Part shown: positions 22,355 to 31,378 of the stretch, piece after piece
Layout of the letters: the number at the start of each line of letters is the position of its first letter
Numbering within the stretch: the stretch's first letter is position 1
Virus record (IMG/VR): IMGVR_UViG_3300045988_006413
Reading direction: 5' to 3' (one strand)
Source of the DNA: a virus
DNA: 40,798 nt
Translations under genes and position numbers: made by a program
The notes under the pieces: model-generated
Database searches by the model: none
What the model was told of the DNA's origin: nothing
The model's input: the letters and a program-made list of their open reading frames with translations, nothing else

Positions 22355-23655
22355 TATTTCACCCCCATTCTATCCGTTCTTCTCTGATTTTGCGCGATAT
22401 TTACAACATCATTGAACTGCTGGACGTTGTCCGCTGGGATTGTGATGTTGTAATTATTCGTCGTGGAATTGCTCGCCGAGTAAGGCACATACTTCCCGGT
22501 TCCAGCCTCAATATAACCACCCGTTCCAGTCCATCCGCCTGCGGATTCACTATAAGACGTGCTCTTGAGCGTATCTCCATAGACAACCTTCTGATAGGTA
22601 GATAACTGGCCCTTCGAAACATTCATACCGAGTGCCGTGCCGATCCGGTTAAAATCCCATGTAAAAATACCGGCTACGACGTTCGCAGCATCAGCAATTA
22701 ACGCGAGCACTTTTGCAACAGGATCAAGAGCAACCTTCAATGCCGGGAGGAAAGTCACGATCAGATCTGCGAGCGGGTCGAGCAATCCAACTGCAATTTC
22801 GAGGATCGATCCGATTGCCTCAATGAGGCCAGAATCGTCAAGGGCCTTTGAGACTTTATCGATAAACTGCATGCCTGCATCCATAACCTTTATGAATGTT
22901 GGGGTCAGTTTATCGAGGAAATTGTTTTTCAGTTCTTGGAACTTCTCGCCGAGTTTCGCGGTCGATTCCTGCAGCTTCACCTGATTTTCGCGTGATTTGA
23001 TTACCTGCTCGTTATTTTTGTAGAAAGAATCCGCCGCATCGGAATATGTACCAGACAGGGTATTCATGATCAGGCTGTTCCGCTCCGCCTCGCCGGAGCA
23101 GTTCGCAAGTGATTCATTAAAATCATCCTCGGAAATACCGGCCCAGTTCAGCGCATCCGCCAGAACGCCCGTAACCTGTCCAACCTTTGCCGTCTCGTTT
23201 GCGGCCTCAATAAGTCCGTTGATGGGCAGCGAATCACCGAACGTGCCGTTTACACCAGCGGCGATATTCGTCCACGTTGCGAAATCTTCTTGGTTGCGTG
23301 CCAGTTTCGCCATGAGCTGCGCTGTTTCTGTGGCGGTATCCGTGTCACCTAGGATTTTGTAAAGGCCAGTGTAAGCCTCCTGTGCCGTCTCAGCACTATA
23401 TCCGGCGGTTTCAAACGCAGTATTTAGTTTGCCCTGCGCCACGATGTACTCGCTAGTGCTCTCAATCACTTTCCCGATTGCATCAACAACCTTCGTGATT
23501 GCTGTTTGCGCTACCGCAAAACTTTTCGCAGTCATTTTTGACGCTTTCTCGACGTTGTTCTTCCATGATGTTGTTTTCTTCTTCGCGGAATCCATTCCAT
23601 CATCCACGCCGGATGAATCGGCTGTGATCTTCACCACAATATCCAGTAAATTCAT
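22354..23655 (-). CDS. Tape measure protein, 433 aa
   Basis: Start at MNLLDIV (ATGA overlap with the chaperone-T stop). Long helical Ala/Leu-rich sequence with a hydrophobic central block. Position after G/GT. Confidence 0.8.
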   Translation of the reverse strand: MNLLDIVVKITADSSGVDDGMDSAKKKTTSWKNNVEKASKMTAKSFAVAQTAITKVVDAIGKVIESTSEYIVAQGKLNTAFETAGYSAETAQEAYTGLYKILGDTDTATETAQLMAKLARNQEDFATWTNIAAGVNGTFGDSLPINGLIEAANETAKVGQVTGVLADALNWAGISEDDFNESLANCSGEAERNSLIMNTLSGTYSDAADSFYKNNEQVIKSRENQVKLQESTAKLGEKFQELKNNFLDKLTPTFIKVMDAGMQFIDKVSKALDDSGLIEAIGSILEIAVGLLDPLADLIVTFLPALKVALDPVAKVLALIADAANVVAGIFTWDFNRIGTALGMNVSKGQLSTYQKVVYGDTLKSTSYSESAGGWTGTGGYIEAGTGKYVPYSASNSTTNNYNITIPADNVQQFNDVVNIAQNQRRTDRMGVK

Positions 23656-23951
23656 TCTTCCACCACCAATCCACACCGCCGCACAATATCAGCTGTAATT
23701 TCCTCGCAAGAGCGCGTGTCTTCTTTCTTCGGCCGCAATATTTCATCAAGATCCGACTGCATATACCGTCCGCCCACAAGTTTTGCAGTGTTCTCTGTTA
23801 AAACTCTGGCACAGCGCGACATATAATCATCAAACAACCACTTTTCCCTCCGCTGCCGAATCAAAACGGGCAGGAGCCGAATGAGTGCGGGCGCTGAAAT
23901 TTTCGGCGCATCCAGAAGGGAGAGTGTTACTCTTTCCCCTCCGATACGCAC
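23652..23951 (-). CDS. Tail assembly chaperone T extension (expressed as G-T via -1 frameshift)
   Basis: The ORF is open in the -1 frame from the slippery heptamer at 23957..23963 and overlaps the 3' end of 23927..24289. Confidence 0.75.
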   Translation of the reverse strand: MRIGGERVTLSLLDAPKISAPALIRLLPVLIRQRREKWLFDDYMSRCARVLTENTAKLVGGRYMQSDLDEILRPKKEDTRSCEEITADIVRRCGLVVEE

Positions 23952-24289
23952 GATGAGAAAAAATCAATGAGTTCCTTGTCCTGCGCGATCTCCCGGATTT
24001 GCCGCAGCGTCTCCACGATCTTCTGCTCCCGGATGTCATCGACATTTTTTTCGTTCAAAACTGCAAGGATGCCGAACACGTCTTCTCTATGGTTTTTCAG
24101 AAGCATCGGCACCCACTGGCTGACGCGATTTGCCGCCATTGCATATTTCTCTGCAACGGTTTTCGCTTCCTTTGTGTTGAGTTTCAGGGATGTGATGACA
24201 TCCTCGTCGCTCGTGATATTGAGCAGGAAAACGGAAATCTCGCACAGCACATCCGCCGCGCGATCCGTACTCAGTTCAGAAAGTTTCAT
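23927..24289 (-). CDS. Tail assembly chaperone G
   Basis: 120-aa acidic protein between the major tail protein and tape measure, with a frameshift site near its 3' end. Confidence 0.8.
   Translation of the reverse strand: MKLSELSTDRAADVLCEISVFLLNITSDEDVITSLKLNTKEAKTVAEKYAMAANRVSQWVPMLLKNHREDVFGILAVLNEKNVDDIREQKIVETLRQIREIAQDKELIDFFSSCVSEGKE
23957..23963 (-). promoter_or_regulatory. -1 programmed frameshift slippery heptamer T_TTT_TTC
   Basis: In the G frame GAT TTT TTC. After a -1 slip, reading continues CTC ATC GTG CGT ATC GGA... which is the T ORF frame. Confidence 0.75.
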
Positions 24290-24298
24290 GTTTCCTCC

Positions 24299-24889
24299 TT
24301 ATGCGTCCGCCTCGCCAGCTTTGATGTAGATTTCATACGGAACTCTGGTCTGCTCCGCCATTGCGAAGTGTGCCGTGTACTCAAACGCAAACTGGCCCTT
24401 TTTCTTGTCGCTGGTTTTCATCTGGAATCCGCCGGTAGAGAGTGCGTTCATCATGTGGATTGCGATGAAGCCGCCCTTCTGCTCGCCGTTTTTGTCAGAA
24501 TAGTCACCAACGATCCAAAGATCATCGAAATCAGAATCGGCCAAATCAAGGCGCGGAACGATCTTCGTAGAATCCTGTGCGTCAATGTCCGCCGTAGCAA
24601 TCAGAGACTTCGCAACGGCGGTGGACATGGTGACAAACGCGCCGCTGGCCTTCGCCTCAATGGATTCCTGACGCTTCAGTTCCTTCATATTCTTGGGGCA
24701 GTTGTCAACGTCATCACCATAATCGGAAAACGTCGGCGTAGCGGTGAACGTGACACCTCCGGTTGTCGCGCCGAGCTGGTCAGCGGCTTTGAACGTGCCA
24801 GAAGCCGGGGTGAAATCTTTCAGAATGATGCCCGCATTGATCTGTAGCTGTTTGAAAGTATCGGCGGGGATCTTCGTAAACTTTGCCAT
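24299..24889 (-). CDS. Major tail protein
   Basis: 196 aa, placed immediately upstream of the G/GT chaperones. Beta-rich sequence. Confidence 0.75.
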   Translation of the reverse strand: MAKFTKIPADTFKQLQINAGIILKDFTPASGTFKAADQLGATTGGVTFTATPTFSDYGDDVDNCPKNMKELKRQESIEAKASGAFVTMSTAVAKSLIATADIDAQDSTKIVPRLDLADSDFDDLWIVGDYSDKNGEQKGGFIAIHMMNALSTGGFQMKTSDKKKGQFAFEYTAHFAMAEQTRVPYEIYIKAGEADA

Positions 24890-24904
24890 ATAAAATCAGT
24901 CCTT

Positions 24905-25273
24905 TCAGTTGGGTGTGATAAATTCGGCGGTGATATTGAGATACCGCCGTTTAATATTTGGTTCAGTATCATCTTTGATCGCCTGACACCACGGCGTGCC
25001 GCGTTTCAGCCAAATTGCTCCCTCGTCGCAGGAAACAAAAACGCCTCCCATCCCGATAGCATCCGCGATCTCCTGCGCCTTTGCGTTCGGGGTCGCCTCA
25101 CTCTCGGTGTAGTACCAGAGATTCACAGTGATAGCAGCTTCTCCGCTGTCCCACGCCCCGAGAATGAGATCATAGGTCAACCACGGAAAAACGGCGTCCC
25201 CCGGCACGGAGGACGCCGGATAGGCGGGGAGAAACTGGCCGAACCATGCGTGTAATGCTTTATCTTTCGTCAT
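24905..25273 (-). CDS. Tail completion / tail terminator-like protein
   Basis: Position between the head-tail joining genes and the major tail protein; 122 aa. Confidence 0.4.
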   Translation of the reverse strand: MTKDKALHAWFGQFLPAYPASSVPGDAVFPWLTYDLILGAWDSGEAAITVNLWYYTESEATPNAKAQEIADAIGMGGVFVSCDEGAIWLKRGTPWCQAIKDDTEPNIKRRYLNITAEFITPN

Positions 25274-25620
25274 GCCGGTAACTCTTTCCTTTCCGCCGTA
25301 AAATATTTCAGGGCGAAACTCGCGGATCGCGGCGCTTGCTTTTCCTCCGGGTTTGACGTCACTCTGTACGTCGTGCCAGTTTCTGTGTCCCGGAAATAGT
25401 CGCCGTACTCAATCGGCACAGCCTTGTCAACGAGCGCCGAGTAGACGCTTGTAACGCCCTCTTTCTCCGCACGGCGAGCTTCCATCGACGTGTCCAGCGC
25501 TTGATAGTTCGAAAACGCCGCGCCCTCCGTCCATGTGGTAACATATCCACCAGCACCGTCCGGCTCCCTGTGTTTCTCCATGAGCACGCAAGGGCGGGCG
25601 AAGTCATTCAAAAGGCTCAT
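25270..25620 (-). CDS. Head-tail joining (head closure) protein
   Basis: Start at MSLLNDF (ATGA overlap, SD GGAGGAA). Sequence ..REPDGAGGYVTTWTEG.. is typical of head-tail joining proteins. Confidence 0.5.
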   Translation of the reverse strand: MSLLNDFARPCVLMEKHREPDGAGGYVTTWTEGAAFSNYQALDTSMEARRAEKEGVTSVYSALVDKAVPIEYGDYFRDTETGTTYRVTSNPEEKQAPRSASFALKYFTAERKELPA

Positions 25621-26030
25621 AATTTCCTCCACTGATTCAATCTGCTGCGGAATGCGCTCTGCCACGTCACTGCGCCGCCAGTTTTCTCATCCGTCGCCCG
25701 TGAGTAAGAATACCCGCCGAACGATTCCGAGCTATACGGTGACGCTGCTGTGTCGCCGTTCTTGTCCTGCCATGCCTCGATTTCTGCGTCAAGGGCCAAG
25801 ACGGACGGCGGTATTGCAAGTGCCCACACAGCGCCGTCAAACGCCTCGTCCGTTAGCCCATAGGCTGGGTATTGATGCACACCGTCGTTGAACGTCGAGC
25901 CAAGAATCCTAAAATACTGTCCTTCCCGAAGAAAAGGAAGCGCAATACTGCCATTTTCTACGGTGAAGGTTCCGGCATACCGTTCACGGTCAAACCAATT
26001 CCTCAAATGTCCGCATAATTCTGTCAGCAT
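25617..26030 (-). CDS. Head-tail connector/adaptor-like protein
   Basis: First gene after the capsid gene; 137 aa. Assigned by position only. Confidence 0.4.
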   Translation of the reverse strand: MLTELCGHLRNWFDRERYAGTFTVENGSIALPFLREGQYFRILGSTFNDGVHQYPAYGLTDEAFDGAVWALAIPPSVLALDAEIEAWQDKNGDTAASPYSSESFGGYSYSRATDEKTGGAVTWQSAFRSRLNQWRKL

Positions 26031-26045
26031 TGCGCCCCTCCTAAA

Positions 26046-27185
26046 TTACTTTACGGTAACGGTTGCGTTGCCGGATTTAAGCGCGTGGAAGTTGCCATCG
26101 CACTCAACAACAGTGACCTTGTGGCCGCTCGTGATGGTGAGATCAGACTTGCCATCCCAGTCATTCCAGCTCTGCACGTTCTCTCCGTATACAACGATGG
26201 GAGCCGTGGTTTCCGCCGACTTATACTTGTACTTGTTGCCCTTGGCGGCCTTCGCCGGGGAGACCGTCAGCTTTGTGTCGCCGGTAGCGGTGCCAGCTGC
26301 GGACGTCACGGTCAGCGCGCCAAGTGTACCGTTGTCGATCGAGCCGACAACAACACCATCAAGGCGCTCTGCAAACAGCACCATACCATTGACTACCGTG
26401 TCAGAGGCGGTCATGTTGGTATAGTCCGGCTGTTCATGGATACCGATATATCCGGTAGCGTCGGAAGTAAACGCAAACGCTTCGTTGAGGTCGGCGCCAT
26501 TGACCGGGATGTAGTAGAGGACGATGTTGTCCTTGGCGGTGGCGTAAATCTTGCCCTTCGGGACGCTGGAATTGAGAATCACCGTGCCGAGGCCGAGGAA
26601 GTTCTCGACGTAGGTCATGCCGAACGCGGTCTGAAGCGTGATGTTCGCGCTCGCCAGATAGTCTGCGACATCCAGCGGATTGAGGAAGTAGACCGCGCCG
26701 ATCTCGTCGTCCTCAAAGAGCACCTGAAGGTTGCCCCACGCCTGCGCAAGCACGCTCTGGAAGTCCTTACCGGACACAGCGCCGGAGCCGGTCGCGAGGA
26801 AATCGAAAAAGCTCTTACGGATGCTGCGCTGCACATCGCGGAGCATTTCGGTAGTAGTCATTTCGACCGCCTGATCGTAACCGCGATCGGTGATTGCCTC
26901 GGCGGACGTGGCCTTGCGCCACTTTTTGAGGGTGATCTCAGCATAGTTCACAGGATCGTCTTTGTAATGAGACAGCGGGATGGTCTCGCCCTCACCGACA
27001 TCGCCGCTCTGCAAAGTACCGCTGGCCTTGTAGGCTTTGAGCACGGTACCAGCCTGCTTCGGAATCTTTCTGGTCACGCCGAGCGCCTCGACGAGCTTCT
27101 TGATGGAATAGCCGAACTGATCGACAAACTCCATTTCGCGCTCACGCGCAAGATCATTTTTCTTGATAAGGTTAGTTTCAGCCAT
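26046..27185 (-). CDS. Major capsid protein with C-terminal Ig-like domain
   Basis: 379 aa, directly after the scaffold gene. C-terminal LGALTVTSAAGTATGDTKLTVSPA...VTVVECDGNFHALKSGNATVTV resembles a Big_2-type domain. Confidence 0.8.
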   Translation of the reverse strand: MAETNLIKKNDLAREREMEFVDQFGYSIKKLVEALGVTRKIPKQAGTVLKAYKASGTLQSGDVGEGETIPLSHYKDDPVNYAEITLKKWRKATSAEAITDRGYDQAVEMTTTEMLRDVQRSIRKSFFDFLATGSGAVSGKDFQSVLAQAWGNLQVLFEDDEIGAVYFLNPLDVADYLASANITLQTAFGMTYVENFLGLGTVILNSSVPKGKIYATAKDNIVLYYIPVNGADLNEAFAFTSDATGYIGIHEQPDYTNMTASDTVVNGMVLFAERLDGVVVGSIDNGTLGALTVTSAAGTATGDTKLTVSPAKAAKGNKYKYKSAETTAPIVVYGENVQSWNDWDGKSDLTITSGHKVTVVECDGNFHALKSGNATVTVK

Positions 27186-27197
27186 ATACAGTCTCCT

Positions 27198-27782
27198 TTA
27201 CTGTTCGTTTTGCAGGAGCTTGAGACGTGCCTCTCTGCGGGCCTCTCTGTCCGGCAGCGCCGCGATTTCCGCTCTGGTCATCGTCTCGCCTCCAACGTTA
27301 TTGGGCGGGTTCTTTGTGTCCGCGCCTTTTTGATCAGTTTTTACAATAAAATCGGCCCATTCTTTCTCGATGGACGATTTCAGCGTATCAGCGCCTTTGA
27401 TTTTCCCGTCTTCCAGTTCGACCGTGTCCAGATCAGTCACTCGCATAACCGCGTCGAGACGTTTGTCGCTGATACCGGCAGCCTTCAAAAGTTCACGATA
27501 CGCGGATTCCTTCGCGCTTCTCGTTTCCTTTTTCGTCTGCTCTTCCTTGTACTCGTCAAATTCCCTTTTGACTTTGTCGTGCTTGTCCTTCCAGCCGTCA
27601 TCACCTTTGGCTTTCAGGTCTTCCAGCTCCTTCTGCACGCCGGGGAGCTTTTCGGCGTCCGCCTTGTACTTCGACAGCTCGCCTTTCAGGCCATCGACTG
27701 TGTCGGAGTGTGCCTCAATGATGGTGTCCATCTGTTCCTCCGTCAGCCCCATGCCTTTAAGGAGTTTTCGGGTAAGTGCCAT
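27198..27782 (-). CDS. Scaffolding protein (Phage_GP20-like)
   Basis: Highly charged helical 194-aa protein (..ELSKYKADAEKLPGVQKELEDLKAKG..) upstream of the capsid gene. Confidence 0.75.
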   Translation of the reverse strand: MALTRKLLKGMGLTEEQMDTIIEAHSDTVDGLKGELSKYKADAEKLPGVQKELEDLKAKGDDGWKDKHDKVKREFDEYKEEQTKKETRSAKESAYRELLKAAGISDKRLDAVMRVTDLDTVELEDGKIKGADTLKSSIEKEWADFIVKTDQKGADTKNPPNNVGGETMTRAEIAALPDREARREARLKLLQNEQ

Positions 27783-27883
27783 TGTTCAGTCTCCTTTTCT
27801 TCGGTGCCGGTTCCTCGGCACGACTGTTGTATAAAACCGCAGTGCTTCGCGGTGTTTACCGGTTGCTCCTATAATTTTAAGGC

Positions 27884-27922
27884 AAAAAAAGTCCGCAACG
27901 CCCACAATAGTGGGTGTGCGGA
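27884..27922 (-). terminator. Intrinsic terminator-like hairpin upstream of the scaffold gene, containing a shared 16-nt motif
   Basis: Minus strand reads TCCGCACACCCAC-TATT-GTGGGCGTTGCGGA followed by CTTTTTTT. Motif gcccacaatagtgggt (27900..27915) recurs at 37502..37517. Confidence 0.65.
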
Positions 27923-27936
27923 AACTTTTTCTGCTA

Positions 27937-28350
27937 TTACGCATTTTCAAGCGCATTTTTAATGATTTCCCTATACTCATCCGCGTGGTCATTCAGTGCA
28001 GGCTTCAGAAACGGTTGTGCTTTATTGCCGCGCGTATAATGCCAATTTCCTTTTGCATCCTGATACACCCACGGTGTTTGCCTGCCTCCATCATAATAGA
28101 TGCCCGTTCCAAGTTCAACGTAAGCGCCATATTCAAGCGGTGTTCCGACGTGAACAGCCTTTTCAGATGGGTACACCTGATGCGTTATGCTGTTGCGGAG
28201 CGCACCAGTATCAACTGGGCAGAGCATCGCGGCGTATGATTCGCACTGAATCCCGCACGTTTCAAGTGCGCGGAGCAGAGCTTCTGAAATTTCCTGTCGA
28301 ACTTCTTCGCTATGATCATCGATTTCGATTTGCAGACTGTCCGCTTCCAT
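27937..28350 (-). CDS. HK97 gp10-family protein
   Basis: CPVDTGALRNSITHQV...EYGAYVELGTG...AQPFLKPAL. Confidence 0.65.
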   Translation of the reverse strand: MEADSLQIEIDDHSEEVRQEISEALLRALETCGIQCESYAAMLCPVDTGALRNSITHQVYPSEKAVHVGTPLEYGAYVELGTGIYYDGGRQTPWVYQDAKGNWHYTRGNKAQPFLKPALNDHADEYREIIKNALENA

Positions 28351-29317
28351 TTTTCTTCATCCGCTCCCATTCCTTGTATGTGATATTATCCACGACGACA
28401 TTTCGACCATTTTCGTCACGGATGCGACGTTTTGCGCGGAACTCTACGCCGTTCACAAGCTGGATCATACGGCAACGGCAATTATAAACCTCTGCAGGCT
28501 TTCCGCGCGGGTCACCGGGGAAGCGACAACCATTTGAAAAAACATCATCATAGTCAACCGTCTCTCCGTCGAGATGCGCATGCGAACTGCGCGTTCTTCC
28601 GTCAAGCGTGGCGACCCACTGCTTCTTTATTTCGATCCCCATTTTGTGTGCGGCCTCGCACGCATCCTGACGCCCCGCATTCTGCGCACCAGTTACAGCT
28701 GTTCTTGCCGTTCTGATCGCAGATTCTCTATCCATTGTATAGATTCTGGATTGGAGATCGTCCGCGATCCCGCCGATGCTCTTTCCTTGCAGGATGGAAC
28801 TTGTCACGCTGGCCGTGATCTGCCTGCGCCCATACGCAAGATCAATGCCGCGCTTTACGGCCCGTTTTGGTGGGTAGTATGGCATAAGTTCTGGATTCTC
28901 GATAAGGAGCCGACGCACCGTGGCTTCATTCCACAAGGTAAAATCCACGTCCGCGCCTGTCTGCTCGATCTGATACGCCGAATAATTCCGGTTCAGAGAA
29001 TAGATGCCCGGTGTCGCATCGTTGACATACGCAACTGCGATCTCATGTGCTTTCGTAATTCTCTCGGCACATTTATCGCGAAGCACCGAAAATCGTTTTC
29101 CGCGCCCTATTTGCGCCAGCCTCCATTGTGTGTATTCCTGCTGCGTAACCTCCCCAGCCTCAACACGTTTTTTCTCTGCTTCGTCCCGCAGACGGAATTG
29201 TTCGAAATATTCCTTGATGGTTTTATCAAGCTCGCGCTGTGCGGCACGGTAAGCAGATGAAATTTTTTTTTCGAGCTTCTGAAGCTCTTTGTCCGTCATT
29301 TTATGCCCGTAGTCCAC
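28316..29317 (-). CDS. Minor head protein, SPP1 gp7 / Mu F-like head morphogenesis protein
   Basis: ..ATLDGRTRSSHAHLDGETVDYDDVFSNGCRFPGDPRGKPAEVYNCRCRMI.. is the MuF signature. GTG start after GGAGG. Confidence 0.8.
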   Translation of the reverse strand: MDYGHKMTDKELQKLEKKISSAYRAAQRELDKTIKEYFEQFRLRDEAEKKRVEAGEVTQQEYTQWRLAQIGRGKRFSVLRDKCAERITKAHEIAVAYVNDATPGIYSLNRNYSAYQIEQTGADVDFTLWNEATVRRLLIENPELMPYYPPKRAVKRGIDLAYGRRQITASVTSSILQGKSIGGIADDLQSRIYTMDRESAIRTARTAVTGAQNAGRQDACEAAHKMGIEIKKQWVATLDGRTRSSHAHLDGETVDYDDVFSNGCRFPGDPRGKPAEVYNCRCRMIQLVNGVEFRAKRRIRDENGRNVVVDNITYKEWERMKKNGSGQSANRNR

Positions 29318-29332
29318 CGCACGCCTCCGTTA

Positions 29333-29770
29333 TTACACTTCCGTAAAGTACAATCCCACCAGCTCATGAGGCAGGAACTGAAGCGTCACCATGCCGCCCG
29401 GCTGCTCGCCCGTCCGTTCGCAGCGGTAGAGCTTTCCGTCCTCCGGGTCTGTGTAGTAAAGTCCGTAGGTGTACTCCATGCCCTTTGCGGCGGGGATGGG
29501 GTCGTCCTGTGTGCCCGCGTGGGTCTCGTCGATGACGGTAAACAGCACCGGGACTTTGTCCGGCTCCCAGCCCTCCTGTGTCGTGTGGGCCTGTGTCACG
29601 CGATAGAGCCTGTCTGCATAGACCATCCGGTCGTTGACCTCCACGGACATTCCTGCCGCCCAGCGGTCATACAGCTCCTTTGCCTTCACGGCGTCCGCAT
29701 CCGTCAGACTGGCTGAAGCCTTGACGATGTAGGGCCGTAGTGCTCTGGCCCGTTCTGTATAGCTCATCAT
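29333..29770 (-). CDS. Fibre-block gene: CBM5/12-like carbohydrate-binding-motif protein, 145 aa
   Basis: Start MMSYTE (ATGA overlap, SD GGGGAGG). WAAGMSVEVNDRMVYADRLYRVTQAHTTQEGWEPDKVPVLF resembles CBM5/12 repeats. Confidence 0.45.
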   Translation of the reverse strand: MMSYTERARALRPYIVKASASLTDADAVKAKELYDRWAAGMSVEVNDRMVYADRLYRVTQAHTTQEGWEPDKVPVLFTVIDETHAGTQDDPIPAAKGMEYTYGLYYTDPEDGKLYRCERTGEQPGGMVTLQFLPHELVGLYFTEV

Positions 29771-30162
29771 TCCGCCTCCCCAAGTAAAATTTTCGCCGCC
29801 AGTTCCGCGTCGGCTTTCTCCGCTCGTAGCGTTTCCGTCTCTGTCGGCTTGCCCATCATGCACGTCACTGTTCCATCACGGTTGTCCGTGATGCTCCCGG
29901 CCACGCAGTAATCCGAGTTGTCAAAGGTCTGCGTCTCGGTCTTCGTTTCGCCCGTAGGCTGGCCCTTGTCATCAAAAACCGGATAGGTGTTGACCTGCTT
30001 GATACTCCACGCGAGGCCGTCTACAAACAGCCCCACAGCCTGATCGTGCGTCATTTCCAGCGTGATAGACTTCGTATCACGCCTGTCCCATTTTGGATTC
30101 TGCAATACCCCACTGATCTCAGCAGGGTATTCCACTTCATGAATAATAACGGATGTACTCAT
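29767..30162 (-). CDS. Fibre-block gene: hypothetical protein, 131 aa
   Basis: ORF track entry, tightly coupled to its neighbours. Confidence 0.55.
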   Translation of the reverse strand: MSTSVIIHEVEYPAEISGVLQNPKWDRRDTKSITLEMTHDQAVGLFVDGLAWSIKQVNTYPVFDDKGQPTGETKTETQTFDNSDYCVAGSITDNRDGTVTCMMGKPTETETLRAEKADAELAAKILLGEAE

Positions 30163-30183
30163 TTGTTCATCTCCTTCAATTTA

Positions 30184-30984
30184 TTACGCTATGATCGTTC
30201 CGTCGTCAGAAACCAGCGTATCAGACGGAAGAATGAATACCGGACGGATGCCACAGTTGATGGATGGGTCGAGGGTGCTGTTATCGCCAGGGATGGTGAC
30301 GTACCACACGTAGTTGATGAAGTTGTTGTTTGGCGAGCGGAGCCACCAGTAGATAGCCGAGCCTCCCATGTACGCAATACGCTTGGAGTTGCCACCCCAG
30401 CCTGCGGCGAAGTAGTCCAGCTTTGCTCCGTCCACCGGGAAGCCTTCGTTGTCGCTGGTCGTCCAGCCTACTTCGTAGCCAGACAGCAGGAAGATCTTCG
30501 CGGACAGGCCGTTCGCACCAGACGCAACCGCAGAACCGCCAGTGCCGTTGACATACGGAATCTTGACCTGCTTGATTGCGTTTTGGATGTTCGAGTCGAA
30601 CATCGCAAGGAAGGTGCTGTTGAGGTACGAATGGATGGTGCTGTTTGCGTAGTCGTTGACATTCGAGCTGTTCCACTGGCGCGTCTCATAGACGTCCTTC
30701 ATCAACAGCCAAGTGCCATTGCAGCTATCATCATACAAAGCACTACTGCTCGGAATCCCCTGATTGACCACGATCCAATCCCGCATCGTGCCGTTGACGG
30801 CGATTTTTACCGTGTTGCCAACTGGAATCTCAGATAGCGGTGTCCCGCTTTCCAGCGAGATATCATACCCTGTCCCTCCAATCAGCGTCCGCCCCTTCTT
30901 GATAGCATAGGCCGTGCCGCCAATGAGCGTTTTCCCGCCCTTGAGGTCATAGCCTGTTCCGTTGATTTCTGCCTTTTGACCCAT
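30184..30984 (-). CDS. Fibre-block gene: repeat-containing fibre/receptor-binding-like protein with DUF6273-like C-terminal domain, 266 aa
   Basis: N-terminal GTGYDLKGGKTLIGGTAYAIKKGRTLIGGTGYDI repeats. C-terminal ..IFLLSGYEVG...YWWLRSP...GIRPVFILP pattern. Confidence 0.55.
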   Translation of the reverse strand: MGQKAEINGTGYDLKGGKTLIGGTAYAIKKGRTLIGGTGYDISLESGTPLSEIPVGNTVKIAVNGTMRDWIVVNQGIPSSSALYDDSCNGTWLLMKDVYETRQWNSSNVNDYANSTIHSYLNSTFLAMFDSNIQNAIKQVKIPYVNGTGGSAVASGANGLSAKIFLLSGYEVGWTTSDNEGFPVDGAKLDYFAAGWGGNSKRIAYMGGSAIYWWLRSPNNNFINYVWYVTIPGDNSTLDPSINCGIRPVFILPSDTLVSDDGTIIA

Positions 30985-30996
30985 ATCCTCACCGCC

Positions 30997-31374
30997 TTAA
31001 CCATATTGCCACGCAATACAGCCGTTGACACTCGGCGTTGTCTCGCTCGAAAACAGAGCCTCACCCCGCGCCATATACGTCGTGTACTTCGTGTCCGACG
31101 CATTGACATTCGTTGTCCGGTTCAAACGGCTGTTGATCGATACGTTGTCCACATTGCCAAGACCAACATCTGACTTTGTCACCGTCTGCTTCGGATGAAC
31201 ATGGTCACCTCGGGCATAAGCCGCAGAGGTACCAGCCGAAGCCGTACCAGGTGCCTTCGGGGTGGTGTTGGAGGGTTGCGGTTTACTGCTCCATGCGGCC
31301 TTGTTGTTCTGGACGTCAGACACCGCCTGATCGATCTCTGCGCCGGTGTGCGCACTGTTGTACTGGTCTGCCAT
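30997..31374 (-). CDS. Fibre-block gene: tail-fibre N-terminal-type protein, 125 aa
   Basis: YNSAHTGAEIDQAV, GTSAAYARGDHVHP and SDVGLGNVDN are motifs recurrent in phage fibre proteins. Confidence 0.55.
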   Translation of the reverse strand: MADQYNSAHTGAEIDQAVSDVQNNKAAWSSKPQPSNTTPKAPGTASAGTSAAYARGDHVHPKQTVTKSDVGLGNVDNVSINSRLNRTTNVNASDTKYTTYMARGEALFSSETTPSVNGCIAWQYG

Positions 31375-31378
31375 AAAA

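Noticed and set aside
23999-24847. 282-aa plus-strand ORF
   Set aside because: Antisense shadow of the major tail protein and chaperone genes. No RBS and no recognisable motif.
26085-27962. 625-aa plus-strand ORF, the longest in the track
   Set aside because: It is antisense to the well-supported capsid and scaffold genes. The translation is low-complexity (Arg/Leu/Gly/Val-rich), there is no RBS, and no plus-strand neighbours exist. It is a typical shadow ORF of a GC-biased coding strand.
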